The notes: a model not told the origin generated them from the letters alone. A DNA stretch of 29,713 nt from Catalinimonas sp. (GCA_049648155.1 JBARYS010000208.1:1-29713), one strand, 5' to 3'; positions 16,937-28,036 are shown, counted from the stretch's first letter. Numbers and translations are program-made.

Positions 16937-17703
16937 ACTACGCGCTGAATAACGTCCCACGACGGGAAGTGAAGCCCCGCGACAGTGGCATTACCATGGC
17001 CATGGACAAGGGGCTTAGTATCCGCGAGGCGGAGGACCTGCTCTCCACCAGCGCCGAATACATCGACATCATCAAACTGGGCTGGGCCACCTCGTACGTG
17101 ACGCCCCACCTCGAAGAGAAGCTCAGGGTGTACGCCGACGCGGGCATTCCCACTTATCTGGGGGGGACGCTCTTCGAAGCGTTCGTGATTCGTGACCAGT
17201 TCGACGACTACCGCCGCCTGCTGGATCGCTTCGAGCTCGGCTTCGCGGAGGTCTCGGACGGCTCCATCGAGCTGCCGCACGAGCGCAAGTGTGCCTACAT
17301 CAGCAAGCTGGCCGAACAGGTGACGGTGCTCTCGGAGGTCGGCTCGAAAGACGATGAAAAAATCATTCCCCCCTACCAGTGGATCAAGCTGATGCAAGCC
17401 GAGCTGGACGCCGGGGCCTGGAAGGTGATCGGCGAGGCGCGCGAGGGTGGCAACGTGGGGCTCTTCCGCTCGACCGGCGAGGTGCGCTCCGGCCTGGTGC
17501 AGGAGATTCTCACCAAGATTCCCTTTGAAAAGATCATCTGGGAAGCACCCCAGAAAGAGCAGCAGGTCTGGTTCGTGAAGCTGCTGGGGGCCAACGTCAA
17601 CCTGGGCAACATCGCCCCTCGCGAGGTCATCCCGCTCGAAACCGTTCGCCTAGGGCTGCGCGGCGACACGTTCAACCTCTTTCTGGACGGCAACCACGCT
17701 TAG
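16933..17703 (+). CDS. comA: Phosphosulfolactate synthase (ComA family)
   Basis: 'KPRDSGITMAMDKGL', 'IDIIKLGWAT', 'GGTLFE', 'EVSDG', 'SEVGSK', 'EAREGG', 'WEAPQK', 'VNLGNI', 'LETVRLGLRGDT'. ATGA overlap with the TPR gene. Confidence 0.92.
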   Translation: MNYALNNVPRREVKPRDSGITMAMDKGLSIREAEDLLSTSAEYIDIIKLGWATSYVTPHLEEKLRVYADAGIPTYLGGTLFEAFVIRDQFDDYRRLLDRFELGFAEVSDGSIELPHERKCAYISKLAEQVTVLSEVGSKDDEKIIPPYQWIKLMQAELDAGAWKVIGEAREGGNVGLFRSTGEVRSGLVQEILTKIPFEKIIWEAPQKEQQVWFVKLLGANVNLGNIAPREVIPLETVRLGLRGDTFNLFLDGNHA

Positions 17704-17728
17704 CTCGGAAGTTCTCTATTACACGACG

Positions 17729-18688
17729 ATGCAACGAACGCTGAAAGAACGAACCTGGCTCTTTGCCAAGGGCATTGCCATGGGCGCGGCCGACGTCGTC
17801 CCGGGCGTCTCGGGCGGCACCATTGCCTTCATCACGGGCATCTACGAAGAGCTGCTCGGCTCCATCCGCTCCGTCGACGGCAAGGCCCTCAAGAAGCTGT
17901 TCAGCGGCGATCTCCGAGGCTTCTGGCGGCATATCAACGGCGGCTTTCTGCTGGTGTTGTTCGTCGGCATCGGCGTCGCCGTGGTCTCGTTGTCGCGCGT
18001 CATCCTTTACTTCCTAGAAAATACGCCCGAGATGCTCTGGGCCTTCTTCTTTGGACTCATCGTCGCCTCGGCGCTGGTGGTGGGCCGCAAGGTGGGGCGA
18101 TGGTCGGTGGGGACCGTAGCGGTGGGCCTCTTTGGGGTCGCGGCGGCCTACCTGATCACCGAACTCGCCCCGGCCGAGACGCCCACCGCGCTCTGGTTCA
18201 TCTTCTTGTCGGGCGCGGTGGCCATCTGCGCCATGATCCTTCCCGGCGTCTCGGGCAGCTTTTTGCTCGTGCTGATGGGTAAGTACGAGTACGTGCTCGG
18301 CGCGGTGAAGGCGCTCGACTTCGGCGTGATCCTGACGTTTATGGGCGGCTGCTTGGTTGGGTTGCTCTCCTTCTCGCGCCTGCTGAAGTGGATGCTGGAG
18401 CGCCACTACGACCTCACCGTCGCCCTGCTGACGGGCTTTATGGTCGGCTCGCTCAACAAAGTGTGGCCCTGGAAGCAGACCCTACAGACCTACATGGACC
18501 GCCACGGCGTGGTGAAGCCGCTCGTGCAACAAAACGTACTGCCCACCGATTACCAGTCGCTGACCGGGCAGGCACCACACCTCTGGGAGGCGATCCTGCT
18601 GGCCGTGTTCGGCTTCGCGCTGGTCTACTTCATCGAGCGGATCACCACCCCGACCCAGCCCACCCCGGCGGTCGAAGAGACAGTCTGA
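17729..18688 (+). CDS. DUF368 family membrane protein (putative undecaprenyl-phosphate translocase, PopT type)
   Basis: Duplicated re-entrant motifs 'MGAADVVPGVSGGTIA' and 'AMILPGVSGS', multiple TM helices. Confidence 0.9.
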   Translation: MQRTLKERTWLFAKGIAMGAADVVPGVSGGTIAFITGIYEELLGSIRSVDGKALKKLFSGDLRGFWRHINGGFLLVLFVGIGVAVVSLSRVILYFLENTPEMLWAFFFGLIVASALVVGRKVGRWSVGTVAVGLFGVAAAYLITELAPAETPTALWFIFLSGAVAICAMILPGVSGSFLLVLMGKYEYVLGAVKALDFGVILTFMGGCLVGLLSFSRLLKWMLERHYDLTVALLTGFMVGSLNKVWPWKQTLQTYMDRHGVVKPLVQQNVLPTDYQSLTGQAPHLWEAILLAVFGFALVYFIERITTPTQPTPAVEETV

Positions 18689-18690
18689 CC

Positions 18691-19440
18691 GTGCGACGCT
18701 ACGGCCTCATCGGGCACCCCCTCTCACACTCTTTTTCGCCGGGTTATTTCGCCGACAAGTTTGCGCGCGAGGGCATCGCGGACGCCTCCTACGAACCCTT
18801 CGAGTTGCCTGACCTCGCCGCGCTGCCCGACCTGCTGCGCACCGACGACCTGTGGGGCCTGAACGTCACCATTCCTCATAAGGAGGGCGTGAAGCCTCAC
18901 CTCGATGCGCTCGACGTTTCGGCCGAACGGGTGGGGGCCGTCAACGTGCTGGCCCGCCGGGACGCCCCCGACGGCACGCGGCGCTGGACGGGCCACAACA
19001 CGGACTACTGGGGCTTCCGTACGTCGCTGGAGCGCTTCCTTCCCAACGGCTTCGCGGGGGCGGCGCTGATCCTCGGTACCGGTGGGGCGGCGCGCGCGGT
19101 GCGGGCCGTGCTCGACGACCTGGACGTGCCCTTCGGGGAGGTGTCGCGGACGCCCGAACGCAAGGCGCACGCTTACGAAGAGCTGACGCCCGAACTCATG
19201 CGGGCGCACCGGCTGATCGTCAACACCACGCCGCTGGGAATGTACCCGAACGTCGACACCGCCCCCCGTCTCCCCTACGGCGCACTGACCCCGGAACACT
19301 ACCTTTATGACCTCGTCTACAACCCCGCCGAGACGCGCTTTATGACGCTGGGGCGGGCGGCGGGCGCACAAACCAAAAACGGGCTGGAGATGTTGCACCT
19401 GCAAGCCGAACGCTCCTGGTTCATCTGGACGAACGCGTAG
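18691..19440 (+). CDS. aroE: Shikimate dehydrogenase
   Basis: 'YGLIGHPLSHSFSP', 'GLNVTIPHK', 'GAVN', 'NTD', 'LGTGGAARA', 'NTTPLGM', 'DLVYNP', 'GLEMLHLQA'. GTG start 2 nt after the DUF368 stop. Confidence 0.93.
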   Translation: MRRYGLIGHPLSHSFSPGYFADKFAREGIADASYEPFELPDLAALPDLLRTDDLWGLNVTIPHKEGVKPHLDALDVSAERVGAVNVLARRDAPDGTRRWTGHNTDYWGFRTSLERFLPNGFAGAALILGTGGAARAVRAVLDDLDVPFGEVSRTPERKAHAYEELTPELMRAHRLIVNTTPLGMYPNVDTAPRLPYGALTPEHYLYDLVYNPAETRFMTLGRAAGAQTKNGLEMLHLQAERSWFIWTNA

Positions 19441-19550
19441 CGTCGGTTCTCCCCACGTCGTATTTTTAGTTGTCCGCTCGCCCGGTTGCGGTCGGTCGTT
19501 AACGTTGCCCCGGTGCGGCATTGGTCTTCCTTTCCAAAGCACAAACTCTC

Positions 19551-21572
<2,022 letters not shown>

Positions 21573-21689
21573 GCCCGGCACGGCAAACGTGCGTTTTCAT
21601 CTATCTAATGTTAATCCCTGTGCGGCTTTGTCAAAAACGCCCTGATCGAAATAATTTCCACATCACTCGGCATTTACCTACATTAAGCG

Positions 21690-21780
21690 GAGAAGCTCTG
21701 GAGTGATCGAGAGTTTTCCATAGCTGGTTGAAAGAGCCTGGAGTCAGCGTTGCGTACCGCATGCGGCTCCAGGTTTTTTT
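21690..21780 (+). ncRNA. Candidate ~90-nt small RNA
   Basis: Promoter-like TACATTAA at 21679-21686; 5' hairpin GAAGCTCT/AGAGTTTT; single-stranded CCATAGCTGGTTG; long terminator stem GAGCCTGGAGTC...GGCTCCAGG followed by T7. No credible ORF. Confidence 0.5.
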
Positions 21781-21989
21781 GTGCCTTTCTCCCGGCAAAA
21801 GTCTCTGCCGGCCCGCCGTCGCCTCGGACTCCCTCCCCGATCCCCAATTTTTTTAGCTTCCTTTTTCGCCCGGTAAAGACGCGCGAATTCCGGCCCCAAA
21901 TTGTCCGTACGGCACTCAAAAGGCGAATTCATCTTCGCTGGCTACCGTAATACCGAGGGGTGATCTTTTCATTTTTCTCGTGACGTCAC

Positions 21990-22020
21990 TTTGCGTAAGA
22001 ACTTTTCTTTTTATTTTTAG
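21990..22020 (+). promoter_or_regulatory. Putative promoter for the 22063 gene
   Basis: TTTG (21990-21993), 18 bp spacer, then TATTTTTA(G), a near match to TAnnTTTG. The same TATTTTTAGTT occurs upstream of uvrB at 19461-19471. Confidence 0.4.
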
Positions 22021-22062
22021 TTCAATACTCAAATATTAACCCCTTACTCAATAATCCCCTTT

Positions 22063-22620
22063 ATGAGCAAGTCCATTAAATTATCCGAGGAAGAACTTGA
22101 CCAGTTCTTGGAGGTATACCAAGAGAAGAAAGAAGCACTCAATGCTGAGATGCAGCAATTGAAGTCGCGTATCGCCTCCATCAACGACATGATCAAGCAG
22201 TTGCAGGAGGCCAAAGGAGGCACCGTAGCCAAGGCTAAAGCGGCTGAGCCCAAAGGTAAAAAGCGTGGCCCCAAGCCGGGCAGCACCCGTAAGCGCAAAA
22301 CCGGCTCAGAAGAGTCGCGCGTGTCGTTCGCGTCGCGCATCGTGGGGGCCATCGAGTCGCAAGACAAGGCCCTAAACGCCAGCGAGATTTTTGAAGTTAT
22401 GGCCGATTCGAACCCCAACCGGGACGCGGCTTCCGACAAGAAAGACAAGCAAAACATTCACAGCAACCTGAATAATCTCTTCAAAAAGGGCGCACTCAAG
22501 CGCGTGAAGGACGGTCGTTCGTTTGCCTACGGACTCTCCGACTGGTTCGATGACCGCGGACAGATCGACATGGCCCACGCACCCGTTCGCAGCGAGGAGC
22601 CCGCCGAAGCCGAAGCATAG
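22063..22620 (+). CDS. Hypothetical DNA-binding protein: N-terminal coiled coil, basic linker, predicted winged helix
   Basis: Stand-alone ORF with an AT-rich leader and its own terminator. Heptad pattern in aa ~10-50, Lys-rich 'KGKKRGPKPGSTRKRK' linker, then a helix-helix-helix-wing pattern. Confidence 0.75.
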   Translation: MSKSIKLSEEELDQFLEVYQEKKEALNAEMQQLKSRIASINDMIKQLQEAKGGTVAKAKAAEPKGKKRGPKPGSTRKRKTGSEESRVSFASRIVGAIESQDKALNASEIFEVMADSNPNRDAASDKKDKQNIHSNLNNLFKKGALKRVKDGRSFAYGLSDWFDDRGQIDMAHAPVRSEEPAEAEA

Positions 22621-22635
22621 CGCTTCCGAGACATA

Positions 22636-22673
22636 AAAGAAGCCTTCAACTTTTTGTGGTTGAAGGCTTCTTT
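22636..22673. terminator. Bidirectional intrinsic terminator
   Basis: Perfect 15-bp inverted repeat AAAGAAGCCTTCAAC / GTTGAAGGCTTCTTT between convergent genes. Confidence 0.88.
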
Positions 22674-22710
22674 ACGTTCAGAAACGCTGCTTTAGCCGAC
22701 CGACGAGACA

Positions 22711-24204
22711 TCAATAACGGGCGGGCCGTGCGCCGGGCGTCGTGTCAAGGATGAAGCGGCGGATGTCGTCGTTGGCCTGTTTTAAGTCTTCGCGCCGCAG
22801 GTACATCATGTGACCGCTGCGGTAGCCGTGGAAGCGAATCCGGTCGCGCATTTTGCCGCTCGGATCGATCTGCCACGTGGTGTATTTAGCGCCGAAGTAA
22901 GTAGTCGCGCCGTCGTAATAACCCGACTGCACCATGACGTGCAGATAAGGGTTTTGGGACATTGCCTGCCTCAACTGCTCGCGCGTGTTGTTGTTGCTCT
23001 GGTCCCAGGGGTACACCGGTCCGAACACGTTGTACTTCACGTCGGTGTAGAAGTTTAGCTCTTCGCGCATATAATGGTTGATGGCCGGGGTGAAGGCGTG
23101 CAGCCAAGAAGTAAGCTCGGCGTTGTAGTCGGGCGACGAGCCGGCGTCGTTGCGGTCCATGCCCAGATAACGGGAGTCCAGCCGCCCGATGGTCATGCCG
23201 TCGCGGTCGCGCAGCAGCTCCTTCCAAAAAAAGCGCGTGGGCACGTCTAAATTGTTGTGCAGCACGGCCCGCGTGGAGAGGCCCGAGTAGCGCGCCATCT
23301 GCCCGGCCACCCGTTGCCGCGCCGTCGAGTCGATAGCCCCGCCACGCGCCAGGGCGGGCAGCAGTTCGTCGATGGTGTAGGCTTCTACTTCGGGCAGCAG
23401 ATCCGTGAGGTCACGCCGTTGCAGGTCATCGGGAAGCATCTTGTGGTGCCACGCCGCCGCCGTGTAGTAAGGCAGGTTCAGCGCCGACGACAGCGGGGTG
23501 TCCGATTCATAAAGCTTGTAGTCGGCGGGCGAGACCATGATCACGCCGTTCAGGTACATCCACTGCTGCGACTGCAACGCCCCGGCTAGCCCAGCCACCC
23601 GCGTGCCGCCGTAGCTTTCGCCGATCAGATACTTGGGCGAGAGCCACCGCTCGTGGCGCGTCACGAACGTATTCAGCCATTCGGCCAGGTAATCGATGTC
23701 GGCGTTAATGCCGAAAAACTGCTCGCGGTCGACTTTACCGCCCTCAGGAATGGTGCGTGAGTAGCCCGTATTGACAGGATTCACGTAGACGATGTCGGCC
23801 ATGTCCAGCACCGAATAGGGGTTCTCGCGGTAGCCGTACGGTTGAACCGGGTATCCCTCGTCGTCGATCTTCAGCACGCGCGGACCGGTGTAGGCCACGT
23901 GCATCCAAACCGACGCGGAGCCGGGCCCGCCGTTGAACGAGATCAGCAGTGGTCGTCGCGACACGTCGGCCACGTCGTTGCGGCGGTAGTAGGTATAGTG
24001 CAGCGTGGCGATTATCCCACTGGTGTCGTTCCAGACGGGCTGCGTGCCGGTGATCGCCGTGTAGGCCACCCGACTGCCCCCGATGGTGACTTGGTGCTGC
24101 GTGGTGACCGTCGTGTCGGGCGGCACCTTGCGCGGCTGCCCCACGAGTGGACGGAGACAAAAGAACAAGCTTACGGTAAGCAGGGCGAGGGCGTACTTGT
24201 GCAT
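22711..24204 (-). CDS. Secreted serine carboxypeptidase (peptidase S10 family)
   Basis: Signal peptide, 'FNGGPGSAS', nucleophile 'GESYGG', 'GYYD', 'GHMMY'. Confidence 0.92.
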   Translation of the reverse strand: MHKYALALLTVSLFFCLRPLVGQPRKVPPDTTVTTQHQVTIGGSRVAYTAITGTQPVWNDTSGIIATLHYTYYRRNDVADVSRRPLLISFNGGPGSASVWMHVAYTGPRVLKIDDEGYPVQPYGYRENPYSVLDMADIVYVNPVNTGYSRTIPEGGKVDREQFFGINADIDYLAEWLNTFVTRHERWLSPKYLIGESYGGTRVAGLAGALQSQQWMYLNGVIMVSPADYKLYESDTPLSSALNLPYYTAAAWHHKMLPDDLQRRDLTDLLPEVEAYTIDELLPALARGGAIDSTARQRVAGQMARYSGLSTRAVLHNNLDVPTRFFWKELLRDRDGMTIGRLDSRYLGMDRNDAGSSPDYNAELTSWLHAFTPAINHYMREELNFYTDVKYNVFGPVYPWDQSNNNTREQLRQAMSQNPYLHVMVQSGYYDGATTYFGAKYTTWQIDPSGKMRDRIRFHGYRSGHMMYLRREDLKQANDDIRRFILDTTPGARPARY

Positions 24205-24278
24205 ACTTCGCAGAGAAGGGGTGTGAGAGAAAACTACGGGTGCAACAGCACCGAAGCCGGCGAGATAATCAGTCCCAG

Positions 24279-25436
24279 TCAGGAGACCAGCCGCGCGCCG
24301 CCCACGGGGTCGTAGAGGGCCGCTACCTGCGCCACGGTCCAGTCGATCTCTTCAGGCGTGTTGAACTTGCTGAACGAGAAACGTACCGTGCTCCGCTCCG
24401 GGTCGCAGCCGAGGGCCCGCAGCACGTGCGAGCCGACGTTCGAGCCGCTCGAACAGGCGCTTCCGCCCGAGGCGGCCACGCCCGCAATGTCGAGGTTGAA
24501 CAAGAACATGTCGGCCATCTCGCAGGGAGGCAGGCTGACGTTCAGCACCGTGTATAGGCTGCGGTCCGGGTTCAGACAGTCGCCGCAGAACCGTACGTCG
24601 TCGATGCGCGCGCGCAGCCCTTCGGCCATGCGCTCCTTGAGATGTTCTACGTGCGCCCGGTGCGCGGCCTGTTCGGCCACGGCCAGTTCGAGCGCCTTTG
24701 CCAACCCCACAATGCCGGCCACGTTTTCGGTGCCGCCCCGCAGGTTGCGCTCCTGCGCCCCGCCGTGCAGCAGCGGGCTGATCTTGCGGCCGGCGTCGAC
24801 GTAGAGGAAGCCGACGCCCTTGGGCCCGTGAAACTTGTGCGCCGACCCCACCACGAAGTCAACGGGGGTCTGGTCGAGGTTGAAGGAGAAGTGGCCGATG
24901 GTCTGCACGGTATCGCTGTGGAAGCACGCCCCGTGCGCCCGGCACCGCTCCCCGACCGCCCGCAGGTCGAGCAGGTTGCCGACCTCGTTGTTGCCGTGCA
25001 TGAGCGAAACCAGCCCGCCCGGGTGCGCCGCCAGCCACGCCTCCAGTGCGTCGAGGTCCACGTGGCCGCGCGCGTCGAGGGTGGCGTACGTCAGTGCGAT
25101 CTCGCCCTGCCCGGCCAAATGTTCGAGCGTGTGCAGCACGGCGTGGTGCTCGATGGCGCTGGTCAGCACGTGGCGGATGCCCAAAGTCCGGACGGCCCCA
25201 AGCAGGGCCGTATTGTCGGCCTCGGTGCCGCCCGAGGTGAAGAATATTTCGGCGGGCGCGGCTCCCAACAACTCGGCGACCTGCTTGCGCGATCGCTCGA
25301 CGGCGGCGCGCACCTGACGGCCCCAGCCGTGGATGGAAGAGGGATTGCCCCAATGGTCGCGCAGATAAGGCACCATCGCGTCGAACACGGCGGGGTCTAG
25401 CGGGGTGGTGGCAGCGTTATCGAGGTAAGCACGCAT
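24279..25436 (-). CDS. iscS: Cysteine desulfurase (IscS/NifS group I)
   Basis: 'YLDNAATT', 'GNPSSIH', 'FTSGGTE', PLP lysine 'SAHKFHGPKG', catalytic 'SGGSACSSG'. Start at ATG 25436. Confidence 0.92.
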   Translation of the reverse strand: MRAYLDNAATTPLDPAVFDAMVPYLRDHWGNPSSIHGWGRQVRAAVERSRKQVAELLGAAPAEIFFTSGGTEADNTALLGAVRTLGIRHVLTSAIEHHAVLHTLEHLAGQGEIALTYATLDARGHVDLDALEAWLAAHPGGLVSLMHGNNEVGNLLDLRAVGERCRAHGACFHSDTVQTIGHFSFNLDQTPVDFVVGSAHKFHGPKGVGFLYVDAGRKISPLLHGGAQERNLRGGTENVAGIVGLAKALELAVAEQAAHRAHVEHLKERMAEGLRARIDDVRFCGDCLNPDRSLYTVLNVSLPPCEMADMFLFNLDIAGVAASGGSACSSGSNVGSHVLRALGCDPERSTVRFSFSKFNTPEEIDWTVAQVAALYDPVGGARLVS

Positions 25437-25441
25437 GCCCC

Positions 25442-26866
25442 CTACGCTTTCTCGGTGATGATATCTTTGAGGTCGGCCATCAGCTTGCGCGTCAGGTTCT
25501 CGGCGGTCACCATCGAATCGGCCTCGGCGTAGATGCGGATAACCGGCTCGGTGTTGGAGCGGCGCAGATGCACCCACTGCCCGTCGAAGTGGATTTTGAC
25601 GCCGTCGACGGTGCTGATCGGGTGGCGCTCGTACTTCTTTTGAATGCCCGCCAGCAGATGGTTGAGGTCGAGGTTGGGCTCCAGTTCGATCTTGTTCTTG
25701 GCGATGTAGTAACTCGGGTAAGCGCCCCGCAGCATCGAGACGCGCTTGCCGAACTGCGCCAGGTGCGTCAGAAAGAGGGCGATGCCCACCAGCGCATCGC
25801 GCCCGTAGTGCAGCGGCGGGTATATCACCCCTCCGTTGCCCTCGCCACCGATCACCGCCCCCTGCGCCTTCATCTCCTGCACCACGTTAACCTCACCTAC
25901 TGCCGAGGCGAAGTGTTCGCCGCCGTGCCGTTCGGTGACGTCGCGCAGAGCCTGTGTCGACGAGAGGTTCGAGACCGTGTTGCCGCCGCCGTTCTGCTTC
26001 AGCACGTAATCAGCTACGGCCACCAGCGTGTACTCTTCACCGAAGGGCGTACCGTCTTCCGTCAGGAACGCCAGCCGGTCCACGTCGGGGTCGACCACGA
26101 TGCCGAGGTCGAATTTGCCGCGCTCCATCTTGTTGCTGATGAACGTCATGTTCTCGGGCAGCGGCTCGGGATTGTGCGGAAACTGGCCGTCAGGCTCACA
26201 GAAAAATTTCTCCACGCGATTCACGCCCAGCGCCTCCAACAACATCGGCACGGCGATGCCCCCGGTCGAGTTCACCGCGTCGACGGCCACGCGGAAATCG
26301 CGCTCGGCGATGGCGTCGCGATCCACCAGCGGCAGCGCCAAGATGCGCTCGATGTGCAGCCTCAGCAGGTCGTCGCGCTGCCGGTAGCTGCCCAAGTGTT
26401 TTGCCTCCACGTAGCTGATCTCGTCGCTCTCAGCGATGTCCAGTACGACCGCGCCGTCGTCGGCCGTCAGGAACTCGCCGTCGGCGTTAAGCATCTTCAG
26501 GGCGTTCCAGGGGGCGGGGTTGTGGCTCGCCGTGATGATCAGACCGCCGTCGGCCTCCTCTTCGGTCACACCCAACTCCACCGTGGGGGTGGTCGAGAGG
26601 CCGAGGTCTACCACATCGATGCCCAGCGATTGCAGGGTCGCCACGACCAGGCGCGTCACCATCTCGCCGGAGGTGCGCGCGTCGCGGCCGATCACGACCT
26701 TGGCGCGCCCGGCCGCCGCTGCTTCACCCTCGGTGGGCTCCCGCTGCGCCAGCAGCCAGGTGCCATAGGCGGCGGTATACTTGACGACATCGGGAGGGGT
26801 AAGGCCTTCGCCGGGTTTACCGCCGATGGTGCCCCGAATGCCCGATATAGATTTAATTAAAGACAC
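25442..26866 (-). CDS. glmM: Phosphoglucosamine mutase
   Basis: 'SISGIRG', 'GRDAR', phosphoserine motif 'TASHNP', 'DPDVDR', 'GGEGNGG', 'RRSNTEP'. GTG start inferred at 26866. Confidence 0.88.
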   Translation of the reverse strand: MSLIKSISGIRGTIGGKPGEGLTPPDVVKYTAAYGTWLLAQREPTEGEAAAAGRAKVVIGRDARTSGEMVTRLVVATLQSLGIDVVDLGLSTTPTVELGVTEEEADGGLIITASHNPAPWNALKMLNADGEFLTADDGAVVLDIAESDEISYVEAKHLGSYRQRDDLLRLHIERILALPLVDRDAIAERDFRVAVDAVNSTGGIAVPMLLEALGVNRVEKFFCEPDGQFPHNPEPLPENMTFISNKMERGKFDLGIVVDPDVDRLAFLTEDGTPFGEEYTLVAVADYVLKQNGGGNTVSNLSSTQALRDVTERHGGEHFASAVGEVNVVQEMKAQGAVIGGEGNGGVIYPPLHYGRDALVGIALFLTHLAQFGKRVSMLRGAYPSYYIAKNKIELEPNLDLNHLLAGIQKKYERHPISTVDGVKIHFDGQWVHLRRSNTEPVIRIYAEADSMVTAENLTRKLMADLKDIITEKA

Positions 26867-26936
26867 GTATGCTCCTGTTTTGAACGTGCAAAATACACAA
26901 TCCAACCGGTGGACCGACGCAATAAGTGGGTGAAGG

Positions 26937-27173
26937 TCAAGCGCTACGGACGGCGGAACGCTCAATTTTAGGCAGATCAGACCGACTTCCCGTGGCCGAA
27001 TCGCAGGTGCCGGGTTCTTTGCCGCAGGCACATTTGATGCCCTGCTGCTGTAGGAAAGGGTTCTGCGTGGCGCACGTGCCCTTAAATTCCCCCTGCTTCA
27101 AAAAGATGAGGCGTACTGACATCATCGCGAAGAAAGCGGCGATCAACCCAATGGCAAGCAGGACGGTGAGCAT
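26937..27173 (-). CDS. Small single-TM Cys-rich membrane protein (NqrM/DUF539-like architecture)
   Basis: N-terminal TM helix, then 'GEFKGTCA...CACG...C' with four Cys. Confidence 0.7.
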   Translation of the reverse strand: MLTVLLAIGLIAAFFAMMSVRLIFLKQGEFKGTCATQNPFLQQQGIKCACGKEPGTCDSATGSRSDLPKIERSAVRSA

Positions 27174-27265
27174 AAGGCAAAGGCGATAAAAACACTAGAA
27201 AAGACGAGCGGACGGCACCGGGCGGGGGCTCCCATTTGAGTAAAACGGGCACCTCCCGGACAAAG

Positions 27266-27301
27266 TTCAGCCGGACTAGAGCGGGCCCAAGTCCGGCCGA
27301 A
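27266..27301 (-). terminator. Stem-loop downstream of yceI, possible terminator
   Basis: Minus strand TTCGGCCGGACT / AGTCCGGCTGAA 12-bp stem followed by only a short CTTTG tail. Confidence 0.4.
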
Positions 27302-27322
27302 AATCTGTCGATTTGAGAATGA

Positions 27323-28036
27323 TCAGGCGCTCGCCGAGCGCGCTTTGAGGTCGATCTGCAAAAATACCTTCTTGTTGATGAGCTTGTCGCCCAGCGACTC
27401 GTCCGACATGTAGTTCAGTCCCCACTGGGTGCGGTCGATGTTGAACTTCGCCAGCGCGGTCACCTCGTCATCCGCCATTTCGATGCTGGCGGGGAAGGTC
27501 ACGCTCTTGGTTTCGCCCTTCATAGTCAGGTTGCCCGTGATCATGTGGGTGGGGTTCTCCAGGCGGTACTCAGCATCATCGTCGTCCGCGTCTTCTTGGG
27601 GCATCGCGCCGGCCTCGTAGGGCTTCACACCGGTAATCTCGAAGTTGGCTTCGGGGTTGGCTTCTACGCCGAAAAAGTCGTCGCTCTTCAGGTGACCCGT
27701 CAGTTTCATGCGGCTGTCCTCGTCCATGCCCTCGTCAGTCACGGTCAGTGAGGTGAGGTCCATCTTGAAGGAGCCCGCCACCAGCTCGCCGCCTTCCACT
27801 TCCAGGGTGCCGTCGGTCACGTCGAACGTGCCCTGGTGCCGCCCGGTGGGTTTGGTGCCGACCCACATCACGCTGCTGGCCGACGGCACGGCCTGATAGG
27901 TCATCGCGCCGCTGCCCGCTTCGGCAACTTCTTGGGCCTCGCCGACTTCAGCCTCGGCACCTTTGGGCGCATCGGCGCAACCCGCCGCCCAGAGTAGGGA
28001 GGCCGACAGTAGGGAATAAGATAATACTTTACGCAT
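27323..28036 (-). CDS. YceI-family lipid/polyisoprenoid-binding lipoprotein
   Basis: Lipobox 'LWAAGC', 'SSVMWVGTK', 'HLKSDDFF', 'GNLTMKG', 'IDRTQWGL'. Confidence 0.9.
   Translation of the reverse strand: MRKVLSYSLLSASLLWAAGCADAPKGAEAEVGEAQEVAEAGSGAMTYQAVPSASSVMWVGTKPTGRHQGTFDVTDGTLEVEGGELVAGSFKMDLTSLTVTDEGMDEDSRMKLTGHLKSDDFFGVEANPEANFEITGVKPYEAGAMPQEDADDDDAEYRLENPTHMITGNLTMKGETKSVTFPASIEMADDEVTALAKFNIDRTQWGLNYMSDESLGDKLINKKVFLQIDLKARSASA

Noticed and set aside
22044..22457. 137-aa minus-strand ORF opposite the putative nucleoid protein
   Set aside because: The + strand ORF has the promoter, terminator and coherent domain pattern; this one is its antisense shadow.
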